A DNA stretch of 64,000 nucleotides. Source: Octopus sinensis. Taxonomy: Eukaryota. Shown piece after piece: positions 12,521-26,031 of the stretch; the first letter of the stretch is position 1, and the number at the start of each line of letters is the position of its first letter. Position numbers and translations under genes: made by a program. The stretch lies in assembly GCF_006345805.1 (NCBI RefSeq), contig NC_043010.1:42222001-42286000 (forward strand), written 5' to 3'. The notes beneath the pieces were generated by a model. The model searched no databases and was not told where the DNA came from. It saw only the letters and a program-made list of their open reading frames with translations.

Positions 12521-12758
12521 GTATGGAGAAAGTTGTCTTAATTAGTAAATTATTGCGTTATATGATAACTAATTATAAATATATAAGGCACATCGAAACA
12601 ACATTGATATAAGCTCAGCGATTCTATACAATTCTTCACATATCGCAGCACTTTATTTTAGTCTCTACTTCAATGTTTTTCAGTCAAAATCGCAGTCAAC
12701 GGATTCGTTAACAATTCCCCAGAAGTCAATATTATTAGTATTTCACTGCTACATAATT

Positions 12759-12981
12759 GGCTTCAAATTTTAGCAAAAGGCCAACAATTTCGAGGGTGGA
12801 GATAAGTCGACTACATCTATCCCAGTACTCAACTAATACTTATTTCACCGACCCGGAAAGGAATGAAAGGTAAATTAGACCGTGTGGACATTTGAACTCA
12901 GAGCGTAAATTCTAAAGAAATGCCGCTAAACATTTTGTCATTTTGTACGACGTAGTAATGATTATGCCTGCTCCCCGCCTT
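12759..12981 (-). mobile_element. SINE family A variant, diverged
   Basis: Reverse complement carries the family A head, B box and ggccttttgctaaaatttgaagcc tail. Confidence 0.75.
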
Positions 12982-13247
12982 CACTACTACATTACTAATA
13001 TAGAGACTTTTCGCTGCATGTCTGAAATGAAAACATTAACATCATGATTTCTGGAATCATTAGAACTATTTAGTTGTAATACTGATGGTCGAAAAAATCT
13101 AGCTTATGGATTTAAAATCTGTTACAAAGCTGTTAACTTCCAAGGAGAATATTTTATATTTTCGTTTCTTCTGCTCGTAGCGATCAGATGCCATATTCTT
13201 CTGAAATGTTTCCTGCAACACACACACACACTCAGATGCGTTAATAC

Positions 13248-13309
<62 letters not shown>

Positions 13310-16300
13310 GTATGTATGCGTATGTACGTCCAATTGAGATACTGCAGAATTCAAATTTACGTGACTTATGTATAAACATATTCTACAGTTGATATAAAAC
13401 GGTAAATGTTACCCTTCCCTTTAAAAGTATCAACTGAACCCACCAGGCGAGATTCCCTCAAAATTCAAAAGAGCCTAGAGCAAGAGTTCCTCAGTTATCC
13501 AGGGATCACATCTTAGCGCTCTGGGCTCCAAGCTGATCCGATGCATAGGCTCCAGCTATTGGTAATTTTTCAAAATTCTTTTACTTATCAATTTCTTACA
13601 ATTCATTCGTTTTTCACAGTACACTAATCATGTTTTTGCATTATTCTTCAATCGCTCAAAGAGCTGAAAACATTAAGATCTTAATTTCATAAGTTCCAAC
13701 GCTTTTCATGTAATTTTTGAAGTGTACATAAAGAAACCTGGTCAGTTGCAGTAATCTAGTTGTCCTTTACATATGAACACGTTCATGTTATGTATATATC
13801 AAAAATATACTAGGAAAGTATGTACAAATATTTATGAATTTGCAAGAATAAATTAGAATGTGATTTAGGAGATATTTGCCTCTCGACTTGTAACAGATCG
13901 AGCGATCGCACAGCGGATCCTTCGTTGGCGTTATGACAACTGATTTTGTTTAACGTGTTTTACTAACACTTGTTTGCATATTTTAATGACATATCTTTAT
14001 TCCATATTTTCAACTGTTTGTAATTTTAAAACTCTGAAACTAAACCACCTGAAAAAATTTTTGAGTGCTAATTTAAATGCTGCATGTTGTATAACTGAAA
14101 AGACGTATTGCTATTCTTTAAGACTAGAGTGGTACGAATGAATGTCGACTGCGGAATTAAATGCTGAAAATAATAATTACCAGTAATGTTCAAGCTCAAT
14201 TTAATCAATTAACTACAGTGCGAATGATAGAAATCATTATTATCGCCATGTTTGTCAATTCATTAGTTGCATCACTAATGGAATAACAAACTGGGAAAGG
14301 ATTCCATTCATACCAGATGAAAGTAGTTATATGATTCAATAAAGCATGTGGAAGAATCTACACATGCAAGTGCGCTTTAATCAAACTTCTTTAATTACAA
14401 CGCAAACAAGAAATCACACTTTAAATTTTAACAGAAAGAAATCATATTAAAATATTTATTCAATCAATGAATCCCTAATTTAATTAACAAAGCAATTACA
14501 AGTTTTCTTCTGACAAAATTATTTTACTGATTCTTAATTCAATATTGCACAGAAATATTTGCCTCACCTATTCAGCTTTGGCATCTGAAAATCATCACAC
14601 ACTGTACAAAACCTGTTTGATCTAAGAAAGTTTAATTCTCACATAATCATTGCCAACAACTTTTTCCAGGAAAGAATTAAAATTCAAATTCAAATCAATT
14701 TGGTTGGCTCCTACAATAAACAAAATTACTTACCATGGATGAAATAATATCAACATTGGTGATATTGATTTCGCCAAACAGATTTTGGTATCATTTCCTC
14801 AACATAGAAACAAAGTGTGACACATAATAAATGATATTGCATAGGTATGAAAAGTGACTTTTGACTGCTGTTTAGGCCAGGTTGGCTATAATCAAACAAA
14901 TCGATGATCAAATTTATAATCTCAACCATGGCCATCCCACCTTATAAGAAAAATTAGGACATTATCTGGAATGTTGTTTCCTTATTTAAAACAGAGAGTG
15001 TGATTTAGGGGAAATTTGGTTGCTATTTATTATGGACTGAGCGAACACGTTTTATGCATGACAATATATTAAATTTATGTCAATGTGTTTTGATTTTCTT
15101 TTGGTTTTTATTTTTTTCTATTTATTTATCATATTAGGAGTTCAGTAACAAAATTGTATATCAGGTTATGAAATGTCTTTAGCTGTTTTATGGCTACATG
15201 TCGATGAATCCACCAGCATTAGCTTCTGCCCCACGAGGGTATATAAATTTACTATATTGCCCGTGTTTTGGTTATTAAGATTAACAATAACAAACGTTTT
15301 GGGGTATTGATTAGGTTTGAATTTTTATTCCTCATTCTAAAAGGATAACATTTTACTACAAGGATTATTCTTTTTTCTTTTCTTTTTTTTCAAATATCTA
15401 GAGCAAAGGTGTAACTAGAAATAAGATAATATCCGCTTGCCTGTTGCGGAAATGATATACGATATAACGCCAACAATGTAATGATAAGCCTAAGGAAAGA
15501 CAAAGTAGTTGTTAAATAGTTCAATTTACATTTCTTAGAAATATATTATCACAAATAAGACAGTAAAATAAAATCAATTATTTAGCCTAATGCACTTTGA
15601 AAATTTGTAATCGTTCTCAAATTCTATTATCGATTTCGCGTGCTGAATGATTTAATATGATCCTTGGGCTGCAGGTAGCGGAAAGATTCATGTTGATGAA
15701 TTGAGCTTCACTGTGTGATATCGTTTGGTAGGTTAGCTCAGGAAATGAACGTGTGTTGTCATAATGCTACTGTATATCTGGATCATTATGAACTAGCAAT
15801 TGTTCCCGATGCATCTTTAAATTCCGTGCGAACATATACACAAATGAACACAGTGACACCTACATAAGTGCGAATGCACGTTGTTCATTTAAGTATGGAT
15901 ATTTGGAGAATTGTATAAAATTACATATAAAGACAGAAAATCACTTTCTCACATTCCACCCTCTCTTTCCCTAATTCTCTTTCATCTTCTTTCTCGCTTT
16001 CTCTCTCATGTTCTCTCGCACATACACGTTATTTAAGATACATGTCAATTTTTATTGATAGAATATAATCATTTTTAAGTTTATATGCCGTTGGCAGAAG
16101 AATTTCCTGGCGTTTTTGGACCTCATTTTTCAAATAGAAAGAGACAAATATTATTGTTTCCTTATTTCATGGAACTATTGAAATAATGAAGAATAAGTTT
16201 TTGGGAATGTGTGGGAAGCAAGTACGAAAAAGAGGGGAAAAGAAATTCTTATTGTTTCTCGACCTTCAAACATATTCTCCTCTAACATTTCTTCCTTTCT

Positions 16301-16500
16301 CTCAACCATTCCATTCTACACATTTACATCATCTGATTCTTTACTATTCTCATATTTTGGTGAAATATAGACATATGATAGTTCCTCTTTCTCTTCCTGT
16401 AAGTGAATTTGTATTCTTCTCAAAGTGGCACAAGTTGCCTTACATTCTGATTTTTACGAATCATTCCTACCAATCAGTTTTATCATTATTATTATTGTTA

Positions 16501-17057
16501 TTGAGTGAGAGAGCTGTTCATGCCATCAAAGTGACACTGGGGTAAAATATACGAAGCCCAATATACCCATCATGACTACCCGTCTGATAAGGGTACACCA
16601 GGCACATGCATCACAACCATATGTGCGCGACATGGTGATCTCATATCAAGATAAACAGCACATGACCTTGCAGATGGGGCCCAGTTAGAATTTTCTTCAG
16701 GTTGAGTAGCCCATCCCGCTCAAAAGGTCCCTGAATAAGGGTTGTTTAAGGATGTTGAAAGAACCACCCATGTTTCCAGAGGTGAATTATTCAAACCCCA
16801 AAGAATCCCTCTCAACACATGGCTATGATGCTCCCCCACTACTTCTGCTCGTGAGCAGAGATGCACATATCGTCAGCCACTAAGGGACATGCTCAACTGG
16901 TTAAGATCAAACAACTGACAAGCAAATCTGTGGTATTGAGCAGAATATTTGCAGTAGCCCATCTTTTATACCAAGACAAAATAATGTACATGATAACACT
17001 TCCAATCAGTTAAGATCAGAAGCCATGAAAGCTACTGCCTGGTACTGCATCAGGGCA
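16501..17057 (-). mobile_element. About 560-bp non-autonomous retroelement inserted in (TAA)n
   Basis: Higher-GC block bounded by (ATT)n on both sides; I recognise it as a high-copy octopus repeat from memory. No ORF. Confidence 0.6.
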
Positions 17058-17073
17058 TTTATTATTATTATTA

Positions 17074-17123
<50 letters not shown>

Positions 17124-17160
17124 CATCATCATCATCATCATCATCATTATTGTTATTATT

Positions 17161-17363
17161 AAGACAGCGGGTTGACTGGATCGTTAGAACGCCGAACAAA
17201 ATGTTTAAAGGCGTTTCTTTCGGATTTACGTTCTAAGTTCAAATGCTGCTGCGACCGAGTTTGCTTTTCACCCTTTAGTGATCGATAAAATGAATATTGG
17301 AGTCGATGTGATCGATTAACCCCCTCCCCCAAATCTCTGGCCTTGTGCCTATGGTAGAAAGGA
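17161..17363 (+). mobile_element. SINE family A variant, diverged
   Basis: gatcgttagaacgccg head, gttcaaat B box, ggccttgtgcctatggtagaaagga tail. Confidence 0.75.
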
Positions 17364-17498
17364 GCATCATCATCATCACCACCACCATCATCATCATCAT
17401 AATCATCATCATCGGCCTCACCATTATTATCATTGTCATTATTAGGCGAGCTGGCAGAATCGTTAGCGCGCCGGACGAAATGCTTCGATCTTATTCCG

Positions 17499-18049
17499 TC
17501 AGTTTAATTTCGACTTAAAGATCAGTCTCAGTCCGCGCAAGTACTCCACCTTAATTTTTTCTGTAATTTCTTTCTCCATCAATTTATCCATTTTCAAAAT
17601 CCCTAAGTACTTATAGCCCGTCTCTTCTATCTCCTTCGTAACCTCTCCCGACATTTGATTTTGCAGCTCTTCAAGACTAACACACCACACTTTTTCAGTC
17701 CGAGCTCCATTCTGATATCAGTACTGAATATATAAACCGTATCAACGAGGGAACTGACTTAGGATTTATTTTTACCATAAAGTTTGGGGTCATCCATGAA
17801 TAACAAGTGGTTGACTTTTTGTTGGCCGTTTTTGAATACATACCCAGCCTTTGCTCTCCTCAGAATCAGTGTTAGTTGTATCATGGACAGTACAAAGATC
17901 AGTGGGGACAGGCAGTCTCCTCGGAAGCTGCCTTTCCTGATTTCTACTGTCCCTAAACTTCTTCCATATGCTGTCAGTTCCATCCTCCGCTTCGGCATAC
18001 TTTTTCCAAGCAATCGCTTAACATTCGATACAATACCAAATAGGTTCAT
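17499..18049 (-). mobile_element. R4/Dong-type non-LTR retrotransposon reverse transcriptase relic
   Basis: KGSFRGDCLSPLIFVLSMIQLTLILRR, KVNHLLFMDDPKLYGK and YKYLGIL..EKIKVEYLRGLRLIFKSKLN match RT motifs 4-5 and the downstream region of this clade. Confidence 0.85.
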
Positions 18050-18083
18050 CCATTCTATAATCTAAGACTGTGTCATCATATCG

Positions 18084-18094
18084 TATTATTATCA

Positions 18095-18152
<58 letters not shown>

Positions 18153-18217
18153 CATCATCATCATCATCATCATCATCATCGTCATCGTCACCATCATCAT
18201 CATCATCATCATTATTA
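18084..18217. repeat. (ATT)n/(ATC)n microsatellite
   Basis: Direct observation. Confidence 0.95.
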
Positions 18218-20519
18218 TGTTAATAATTCCTGCAAATAACTAGTGTTCTCTAGAAGCTAGAAAGTTGCCTGCTGTTTGTCCTCACACGCACACACACACT
18301 CACTCATACACACATATACACACACGCACACACAAACGTTACTTTTATAAAAAAGAAATAATAACTCGGAGTGAGTAAGTAATACTAAAGTACCTTGATA
18401 TTGTCTTCCTCCAAAAGTTTTTCTCTAAATACAATTTTGAGGGAAATATTAGAAAACAAAAACTCATAATTTACGCCATGACAATTCTCTCTATAAAAGA
18501 TTTAACAGCTGATACTTGGGCTCTCATTATTTTAACGCTTATTACATTCGAATTTAAATTCGAAAATATTGTGAATAGATGTTTGCTGTAAATTTCTGTC
18601 TTGAGGAAACGACTGATTCCATTGGTTAAGAAAAAAATAAAAACTGCCTTTCATCTGTAAAAGAGATCATTTTAGTCAATAGAATTTTCTATAAAAATAC
18701 TAGAAACTAGCTGATATTTATGAGTGGGCAGAAGCATAAAGTCAATGGTAATACCTCTTTAAAATATCCGACAAAACAACTTTAAATATTCTGTGAGCCT
18801 AAAGGATAGTAAAGCAAAAAGAAAACATACTAGGAAGCAAATTAACAATAGTAGTGGATTTATGTTGTTGATTAATAAAATACAAGTTGCCTTCAGCAGA
18901 CATATTGAATAAAGGATACAATAGTAGGAATTCTGAAAGCAGTATAGGAAAGAAAAATAGAAATATGTTAAAGAGAGATATATGATATGATGGTTAATTT
19001 ATGAATCTGAAGTGTTAGAAAGAAAAATATTAACAAAATAATGTCATGAAAGATTCATTTGTCGCTTGACTGCGATCGATAAAAAATAATAAGCATTTTA
19101 ATAAGCATTCTAATAGCTCGAACTATTAGAAACATTACGTATAAGATATCTGAGTCTTGTGATAGAAAATATGAGTTATCAGTTATTCCATTTTATCTCC
19201 ATAACTTCAACGATCAAAAATGTTTCCAAGCATATGAAATATCTGATAACCCCAAGTCGGTTGCTTGAAAAGTCAATATAAATCACATTTATGAACTTAA
19301 TAATGAGAATTGTACCACCGTAAACAAATACAACAAATTGGTTACCTGTGTACTAACGCACGTGCTGCAAGAAATCGCAGCAACATATCCTTTAAATCAA
19401 ACCCAGGCATATCAAAAGAAGGAAGGTTGCATTGGACATGGGCGTTATCACACTAAATCTAAATAAAAGACTAGATGGCTATAATTGGATCGCTTTTAAT
19501 ATTAGTTGATGGTCATAATTGGATTGCTTTTAATAATAGTTGAACAGAAGCAGCATTAGGTGAATGTTAGAATTAAAAAATGCATTTTTTAATAAGATAA
19601 GTCAATATCTCCATGTTCAAGCTTACAGTAACGTTATCTAGAGTTTGAAATGGTCGGTGAAGGAAAACGTTCAGCCCTGCCAGAGAGATATCTCTGCGCC
19701 CTCTGCATCAAGGAGGGACAGGACAATTCATTAGCTAGCAGTAACTGCTTACTTAATGAATGGAATGAGGTAGGATGATTGCTTTGTACTACCGGGTGGG
19801 TTCTAGCAGTAAAATACGACAGGCTTGTCTTCGCCTTTCCCCCACCCCCAGCGTTCCATCGTAATAGCTCTCCCACTAAGCTCTGGTACTGTTGTTCGTG
19901 CAGAATGTTGTTAGCTATCATGTGTTCTACATCGGGTCATCTTCGTCTTCCCCGGTTTTGTAGTTTTGTCGTCCTATCCACCAGTATGGTCTATTCACTT
20001 TGCCTACACCAGACATCTCTCAACAGAACTTTGATTCATCGTGCCACCATTATCATACACTTTGCACAAATGGATTTTATAATACAGTAAACAGTCATAA
20101 TATATCTGAACTCCTCGTTTTTTTTTCTACTGGCAAGGTGTACACTCTGCGAACGATTTGTTTCAGCAGATGGAATTTATATAATCTTTGTTATACTATG
20201 CTAAAGGGTGCGTTTCAACCTGGAGAACTTTCGAATTTAAAATTCTGCTATTGCTAATATTATTGTGATTGTCAAGAAAAGTTCAACAATGAACGTTTGG
20301 TACCTGGAATGTTGTCATGCACTCACTCATTGCCCTCTACAAAATAAGTATATACATTGTACAATTTTCGCATTTACTTAGATTAACTTCTCCATAAACA
20401 AACGTTCCCTAGTCAGTGCTCTATTTTCCTTATAATCATGCCTTTCTGGTCTAGTTAATTGAAGATGGTTTGACTGCAAGTTGCATAAATACATAAAAAC
20501 CCTTACATTTATGAATAAG

Positions 20520-20798
20520 CCTTATGAGTGGATTTGGTAGGCGGAAACTGAAAGAAGCCCGTCGTATATATGTATATCTGCGTGTGTTTGTGTGTTTTTT
20601 TTTGCCCACCCCTCTACCGCTTGACAACCGATGCTTGGTGTGCCTACGTCACCGTAACATAGCGATTCTGCAACAGGGAGTGATAGAATAAGCACCAGGC
20701 TTTAAAAATATAGTTTGTGGGGGTCGATAAAATTCATTAAGACTGTGCCCAGAATGGCTACAGTCTGGTGACTGAAACAAGTAAAAGATAAAAAGATA
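20520..20798 (+). mobile_element. SINE family B, 5'-truncated
   Basis: gagtggatttggtag..ggaaactgaaagaagcccgtcg body and gactgaaacaagtaaaaga tail. Confidence 0.85.
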
Positions 20799-22199
20799 TA
20801 ACTTGAGGTTGATGGTGATATACTGAATAATGTACACAGAAATTCTTAATGAAATGAAATGTATTATTAGTTGCAGGAAGAAAATAAAGCCTAACTGTAA
20901 AAGACGAGATTTTGTTTTCTGAATCAAGAAATAGCTCCACGGAAAACAATTATCATTGCTTTGGGTATTATCCAGTCACTGTTAGCTGGAACGGTGGCAG
21001 GTATGGAATTAATTGTTAATAAATCAAAATGTGTGCTAAAACACAAAAACGTAGCGGCAGTTGTTAATGAAGGCCAAAGATTAGCGGAGATTCATTCTAG
21101 AAATTTTAATTTTCAGAAAATATTTCTTCATCTTGAAGGGAAAAACCTGATTTTTGTTTGACAGGACAAGTGTCAAATATTGAGAGACTTGAGTTCCTTA
21201 GATTTCATCCAAGACAAATCCCCTCTTAACAATTACAAATCTTTAGATATGAAATCTGAATATAAGAATACAACATGTAGCACTAAAAATATAATCTAGA
21301 AAAAACAAACCTGTATACATGTTCAGAAAACTGTCCTCGTAAAAGTAACGTCCAAACTAAGTAAAATATTTATGTTGTAAAACTACATTGAAGCTACAAA
21401 AGATAAATATATCAAATATTAAACGTTAGAGGAACTGAATCAATATTGTTGGTCAACTTCGATCGCCTGAGTTAATAAAGCAAGAAATAAAGCAAAAGGA
21501 TGAACGGTTGGCTTACGTGAAAATTAAACAATTGTCAGGCTAAATTATTAAGATGTGTAATTACCTTTAACATGATTGTGTAATGAGCAAGAGATATTAA
21601 TTGCCATAAAGCTACTACGGTTTTATTGAACTGCTTTGGACAATGACCTCTTAGCAAGATGATGATTATGACGACGACTATGGTGGTGGTGGTGGTGATG
21701 GCGGTAGATTTACTTGTTCAATGAACTGAATTACCTTCTCCTGAATGAAGGTGGAATTGGCTGAAAATTTCACGGACACCCGTACGCTTAACGTAATTCG
21801 GAGTGAGACACTGGATTAGATTACTAGCTTGTGTCTCTATAACTTCACAGTCCAACTGAAGGGTTTCTATACAGCTTCCGTCTACCCAATTTTAACCGAA
21901 ACCATAGGATGGGTTATTTGTTCATGGTGCTAGGTATATAGGACCGACCCTGGGACCTCGAGATTACAAAGTAAATTTCTTAACCATTCGATCACACTGC
22001 GCCTACTCATCCCAATAGAACATATATTTCGGAAATTTACACTGTTCATACTGTTAATGTAATAATATATGTATGAGAGGCTGTGTACTAAATGTTTTGT
22101 CGATTCTTTCTTAAGCCTTTTCTCTCGCTTCTCCTTAACTGTTATATGTGTATGTGTGTGTATGTGTATTTAGAAATACGTACGTGTGTGTGTATACAT

Positions 22200-22946
22200 C
22201 CACGTGTTTCACTGTTCGAAGCAGTGCTGGAACTCTTGCAAAGTGATGCCTTTTAACGCCTCCGTCGTTTTTTTTTTTTTCACCTCTTCCACGTCTGCAA
22301 ATTCCATAGCACCAGTTTTCGTAACCTGTGATGACCTTCGAAAAAATGTCCGGACCAATTTCCAACTGTTTTTTCAGTTCATAACAGGCATTCAGTCATA
22401 ACCGCTTTTGGTCTTCCGTGAGCAAGTGAGGTACAAATTTTGTTGCAACACTTTTCATTCGCAATTCCTCGCTCAAAACTCTCTGGCAGGAGCCAATCAT
22501 ATCAACAAGTTCATCGTGAATTTTCATGATACTGTCATTCTTCCGGGAGGTTGATGGTCGTCCTGAATGTAGTTGGTCTTCGAGCGACAAGTGACCATTT
22601 CAAAAGCGTAGAAACCACTCGTTAGCTTGTGTTTTGCTCAAGGCAGCGATCTTCTAAGCTGTCTGAAATATGACAACTGTTTCGACCGCCGTTTTCCCCA
22701 ATAGAAAATAAAATTTCCCCGAAGCACGCTATTCCTTCGTTTCAACCATCACAAACATCGATGAACAGCGGAGAAGAACTGCAAAACAAAGACGCATCAC
22801 ATGGCAGTAGGACTTTACTCGACGACACCTGTCGACAGACTGATGCCTGATGGTCGCATCAAGTAACTTCTCGCAGCGGAAGCCTGAACTACAACGGGTT
22901 TGTCCCACAGAGAACGTTTCCGGTTACATTTTGGTACCCTGTCGTA
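22200..22946 (-). mobile_element. Mariner element, internally deleted
   Basis: Translated blocks SGRPSTS, LRMKSVATKFVPHLLTEDQK, SKVITGYENWCYG and FADVEEVKKK..ALKGIT; TIR-like ttccggttacattttgg..tcgta at 22918-22946. Confidence 0.85.
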
Positions 22947-23120
22947 TATGTGTGTGTGTCTGTGTGTGTGTGTGTGTGTGTATGTTTGTATCTGACTATC
23001 TATCTAATTATCAATCTATGTGTGTTCGTATGTATGTGTCTGTATAAACGCGTGTGTTTCTGTGTAAATAGGTGTGTTTCAGTCTTTTAAATAAAAATGC
23101 ACATTGATACAACATTGAAC

Positions 23121-23224
23121 ACTAATTTTACTATTTCTGTTTTATTATAGGTAAGTACCTTCAAGCATTTTTATCCCATTCATAATAAAAATCATGACTA
23201 TGATAGCGACCTTTTCAGGTAAGA
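23121..23224 (+). other. Candidate recursive splice site (AG|GT) with 68-nt RS-exon 23151-23218
   Basis: actaat branch motif 23121-23126, pyrimidine-rich tract, TAG 23148-23150 directly followed by GTAAGT; second donor CAG|GTAAGA at 23218. Confidence 0.55.
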
Positions 23225-23386
23225 TGTTACAAATTGTATTCATCGTTGTATTTCGATTTGTATTTTGTATGCGTATTTGTCGCGTTAGATAGAATAATTA
23301 TTTCCGTTTAAAGCAAGCATACTATCATACTTTTCATTTGATTGCCATACGCACACACACACTCACACTGACACACACACACATAC

Positions 23387-23451
<65 letters not shown>

Positions 23452-23510
23452 CATACATATACATATATACATGCGTTATAATTTAGAACAAGCAATAAAA
23501 GGTTGTCATT

Positions 23511-23569
23511 ATAGTACTCGAAGTTTCGAATGTCGGAGCGAAGAGCTACGATGCATTCTCGGTGGCTAT
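23511..23569 (-). ncRNA. Decayed hammerhead skeleton
   Basis: Minus strand atag-CCACCGA-gaatg...cattc-GAAAC-ttcga-GTA-ctat: stems I and II intact, core has three substitutions; predicted inactive. Confidence 0.45.
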
Positions 23570-23846
23570 TAATAGCAACAGACACTATGAAAAACCGTTG
23601 AATAAAAGGGAAGTTGCCCTAATAAGTAGAAAAAGAAAAATGAAAAAAGAAAAAGAAAAATGAAAATAGAAAAAATACATGCAACCATATTCTCACAATA
23701 CATAGACATAAACCTCCTGCGTCCACAACGTCTACATACGTACACACACAAACATGTATACGTACATGCACATATACACACACACAAACATATAAGTGCA
23801 TGTACGTACTCATACACACTCACATATCCACACACACTTGCACACG

Positions 23847-23901
<55 letters not shown>

Positions 23902-23974
23902 TGTGTGTGTGTACGCAACATCATTCTCATATACACATGGGTGTTTACATGCATACACATAATACATATATAAA

Positions 23975-24060
23975 TAATGGCCTCTGTCATACAGGCTCCA
24001 TTTAGCGGGCACAAGTCTTTATACCTGCGGGAACAGCTGGCATCGTGCTGTTGGGTTGCA
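23975..24060 (-). mobile_element. Penelope-like ORF fragment (Cys-rich linker)
   Basis: SCSRRYKDLCPLNGACMTEAIIY matches the PLE C..C..CPL.G.C....IIY motif preceding GIY-YIG. Confidence 0.7.
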
Positions 24061-24593
24061 TTGTGTGTATGCATATCCCTGACATACTGTACACTACATC
24101 TGCCAACATTGCAACTATTACGTAATTCTGAGCCCCCAGGAATTATTATAGTTATACATATTGTCGATAATGAAAGAAAGAAAATGGAGAATTATGGATG
24201 TATAAATAATTCATTTGTTTGATATTATGGGGTTTTTCATAAAAGCAATACAAATAAAAAGACTCTCAGGATACATATCTTAACGGTCAGATTTTTCAAA
24301 CTTTTGTCTATATTTGATTTTAAATATGACACAATATGATGTGAATGCTTTGTATCTATAGATTTCCTGAACTGAATCTATTACCAAACAAATGAAAATA
24401 ATTAATCTATAACGGTCAACTAATTATTCTTTTATTTTATAATTTATTTCTATTGTATTTATTAAACAAAACTTTGAACCTTATAATATCATAAAATAAA
24501 TTATTTATACATCAATAATTCTCCATTTTCTTTTTCATTATATAGATATATATACACACACACATATATATATGTGTGTGTGTGCGTGTGTGT

Positions 24594-24660
<67 letters not shown>

Positions 24661-24663
<3 letters not shown>

Positions 24664-24750
24664 GGAGAATTCACAAAAAACAAAAGACGAAGACTGGTGG
24701 TGTAGACAACAGATGTATTAGTATAACGCACAAGAAGTGAAAAAGTCATA
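24661..24750 (-). mobile_element. 3' portion of the 4262-4393 element family (no hammerhead retained)
   Basis: tagggaga..caaaagacgaagac.ggtggtgta..acagatgtattagtataacgc shared with 4262-4340; abuts (TG)n. Confidence 0.8.
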
Positions 24751-26031
24751 TATACACTTACGCACACGCACACACACACATACATCTATATATATATATA
24801 TACATACATACATACACACACACACACATACAGAGTAAGTCTCGTCATATATAATCTTGTAAAGTAAAGCGTACAGTATTTATTCCACTGAGCATATGAG
24901 CATCGTAGTCAAGGAACTTTTGTATAACATGAGTTGTACGTGCGTGTGCGTGCGTGTGTGTGCATGTGCGTGTATGTTTGTGCGTGCGTGTGTGTGTGTT
25001 CATACGTGTGTGTGATTATGTCTGTGTACTTGATGCAGCATGGTTGGATAAACTTTATTCGTTTAATACCATAGTTATCACGAAGTTCATAACTTTATTT
25101 TGTGTATGTATGTATATGTAAGTAGAAATTTATACACAAATCGGATATTTTCTTTTGATGGTTTTGGAGAGAGTAAAAATAATATACTGTACGAAAATAA
25201 AAAGAGAAAGCTAACTTAGATGACACATTGTAGACGAGATACGCCATGCTTTATTTTTAGTCAAGTCAGTGAGGATAGTAAGGTATGTAATAGAATAATA
25301 ATTTATGTGTATAAACGAAAATAGTATCAGGCAACAAAAGTTTTCTGAATATACAGATCAAGTAAACCAGTTTAAATGTATTTTACATGCTGTTTTTATT
25401 TATCACAGTAAAAAAGTTATACGTACATTAAACACACTTTATATTTGTATATAGTTTGTATCATTTCCTGCAATATATGTGGGAACGACAACACGAATGG
25501 GTGTGAACAAATTGTTAAATGTTTAATTATAGAAATAAAATCTATCAACAAGTGTACACCTGTTTATATGTTAAATTGATGAAGATTCATAACAATAGAA
25601 AAATTTGTAATGACATTTGTTCATTAATATACAAACAAAACGAAACGCGCCCCCTTGCACGCTGATATCGAGGACGACAAAATAGCTTTTATTAAATTCC
25701 TCTAAGGCGGGTCATCAATTTGAAACTTTTCAAAGACGGGTTATAAGCTAAGTGAGGTTGGTATTGTAAAATAACTTCAATATATTTTGAAACACGTCCA
25801 AGCTACTTACCCCAACAAAGACTTCTTTCGGAAATGTTATTATATAATCTTCAACTACAAGTAGGAAATATTGTACCTGCTCTAAAGTTTCTGTCCTGAC
25901 ATTTTTCAATGAATGATTGAATAAGTGCAATTCATCAGCATGGTCATTGTTTAGATTAGGAGGTATGTTTCTAAACGCAAAGTGGATATTTCTAACATAT
26001 CAAAGAAAGTCCAATGTGTTTGAAAAACAAA

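Noticed and set aside
16980-17057. HDV-like ribozyme at the 5' end of the 560-bp element
   Set aside because: A P3/L3-like hairpin (agc-tttcatg-gct) is present, but I could not build P1, P1.1 or J4/2; a covariance-model search would be needed.
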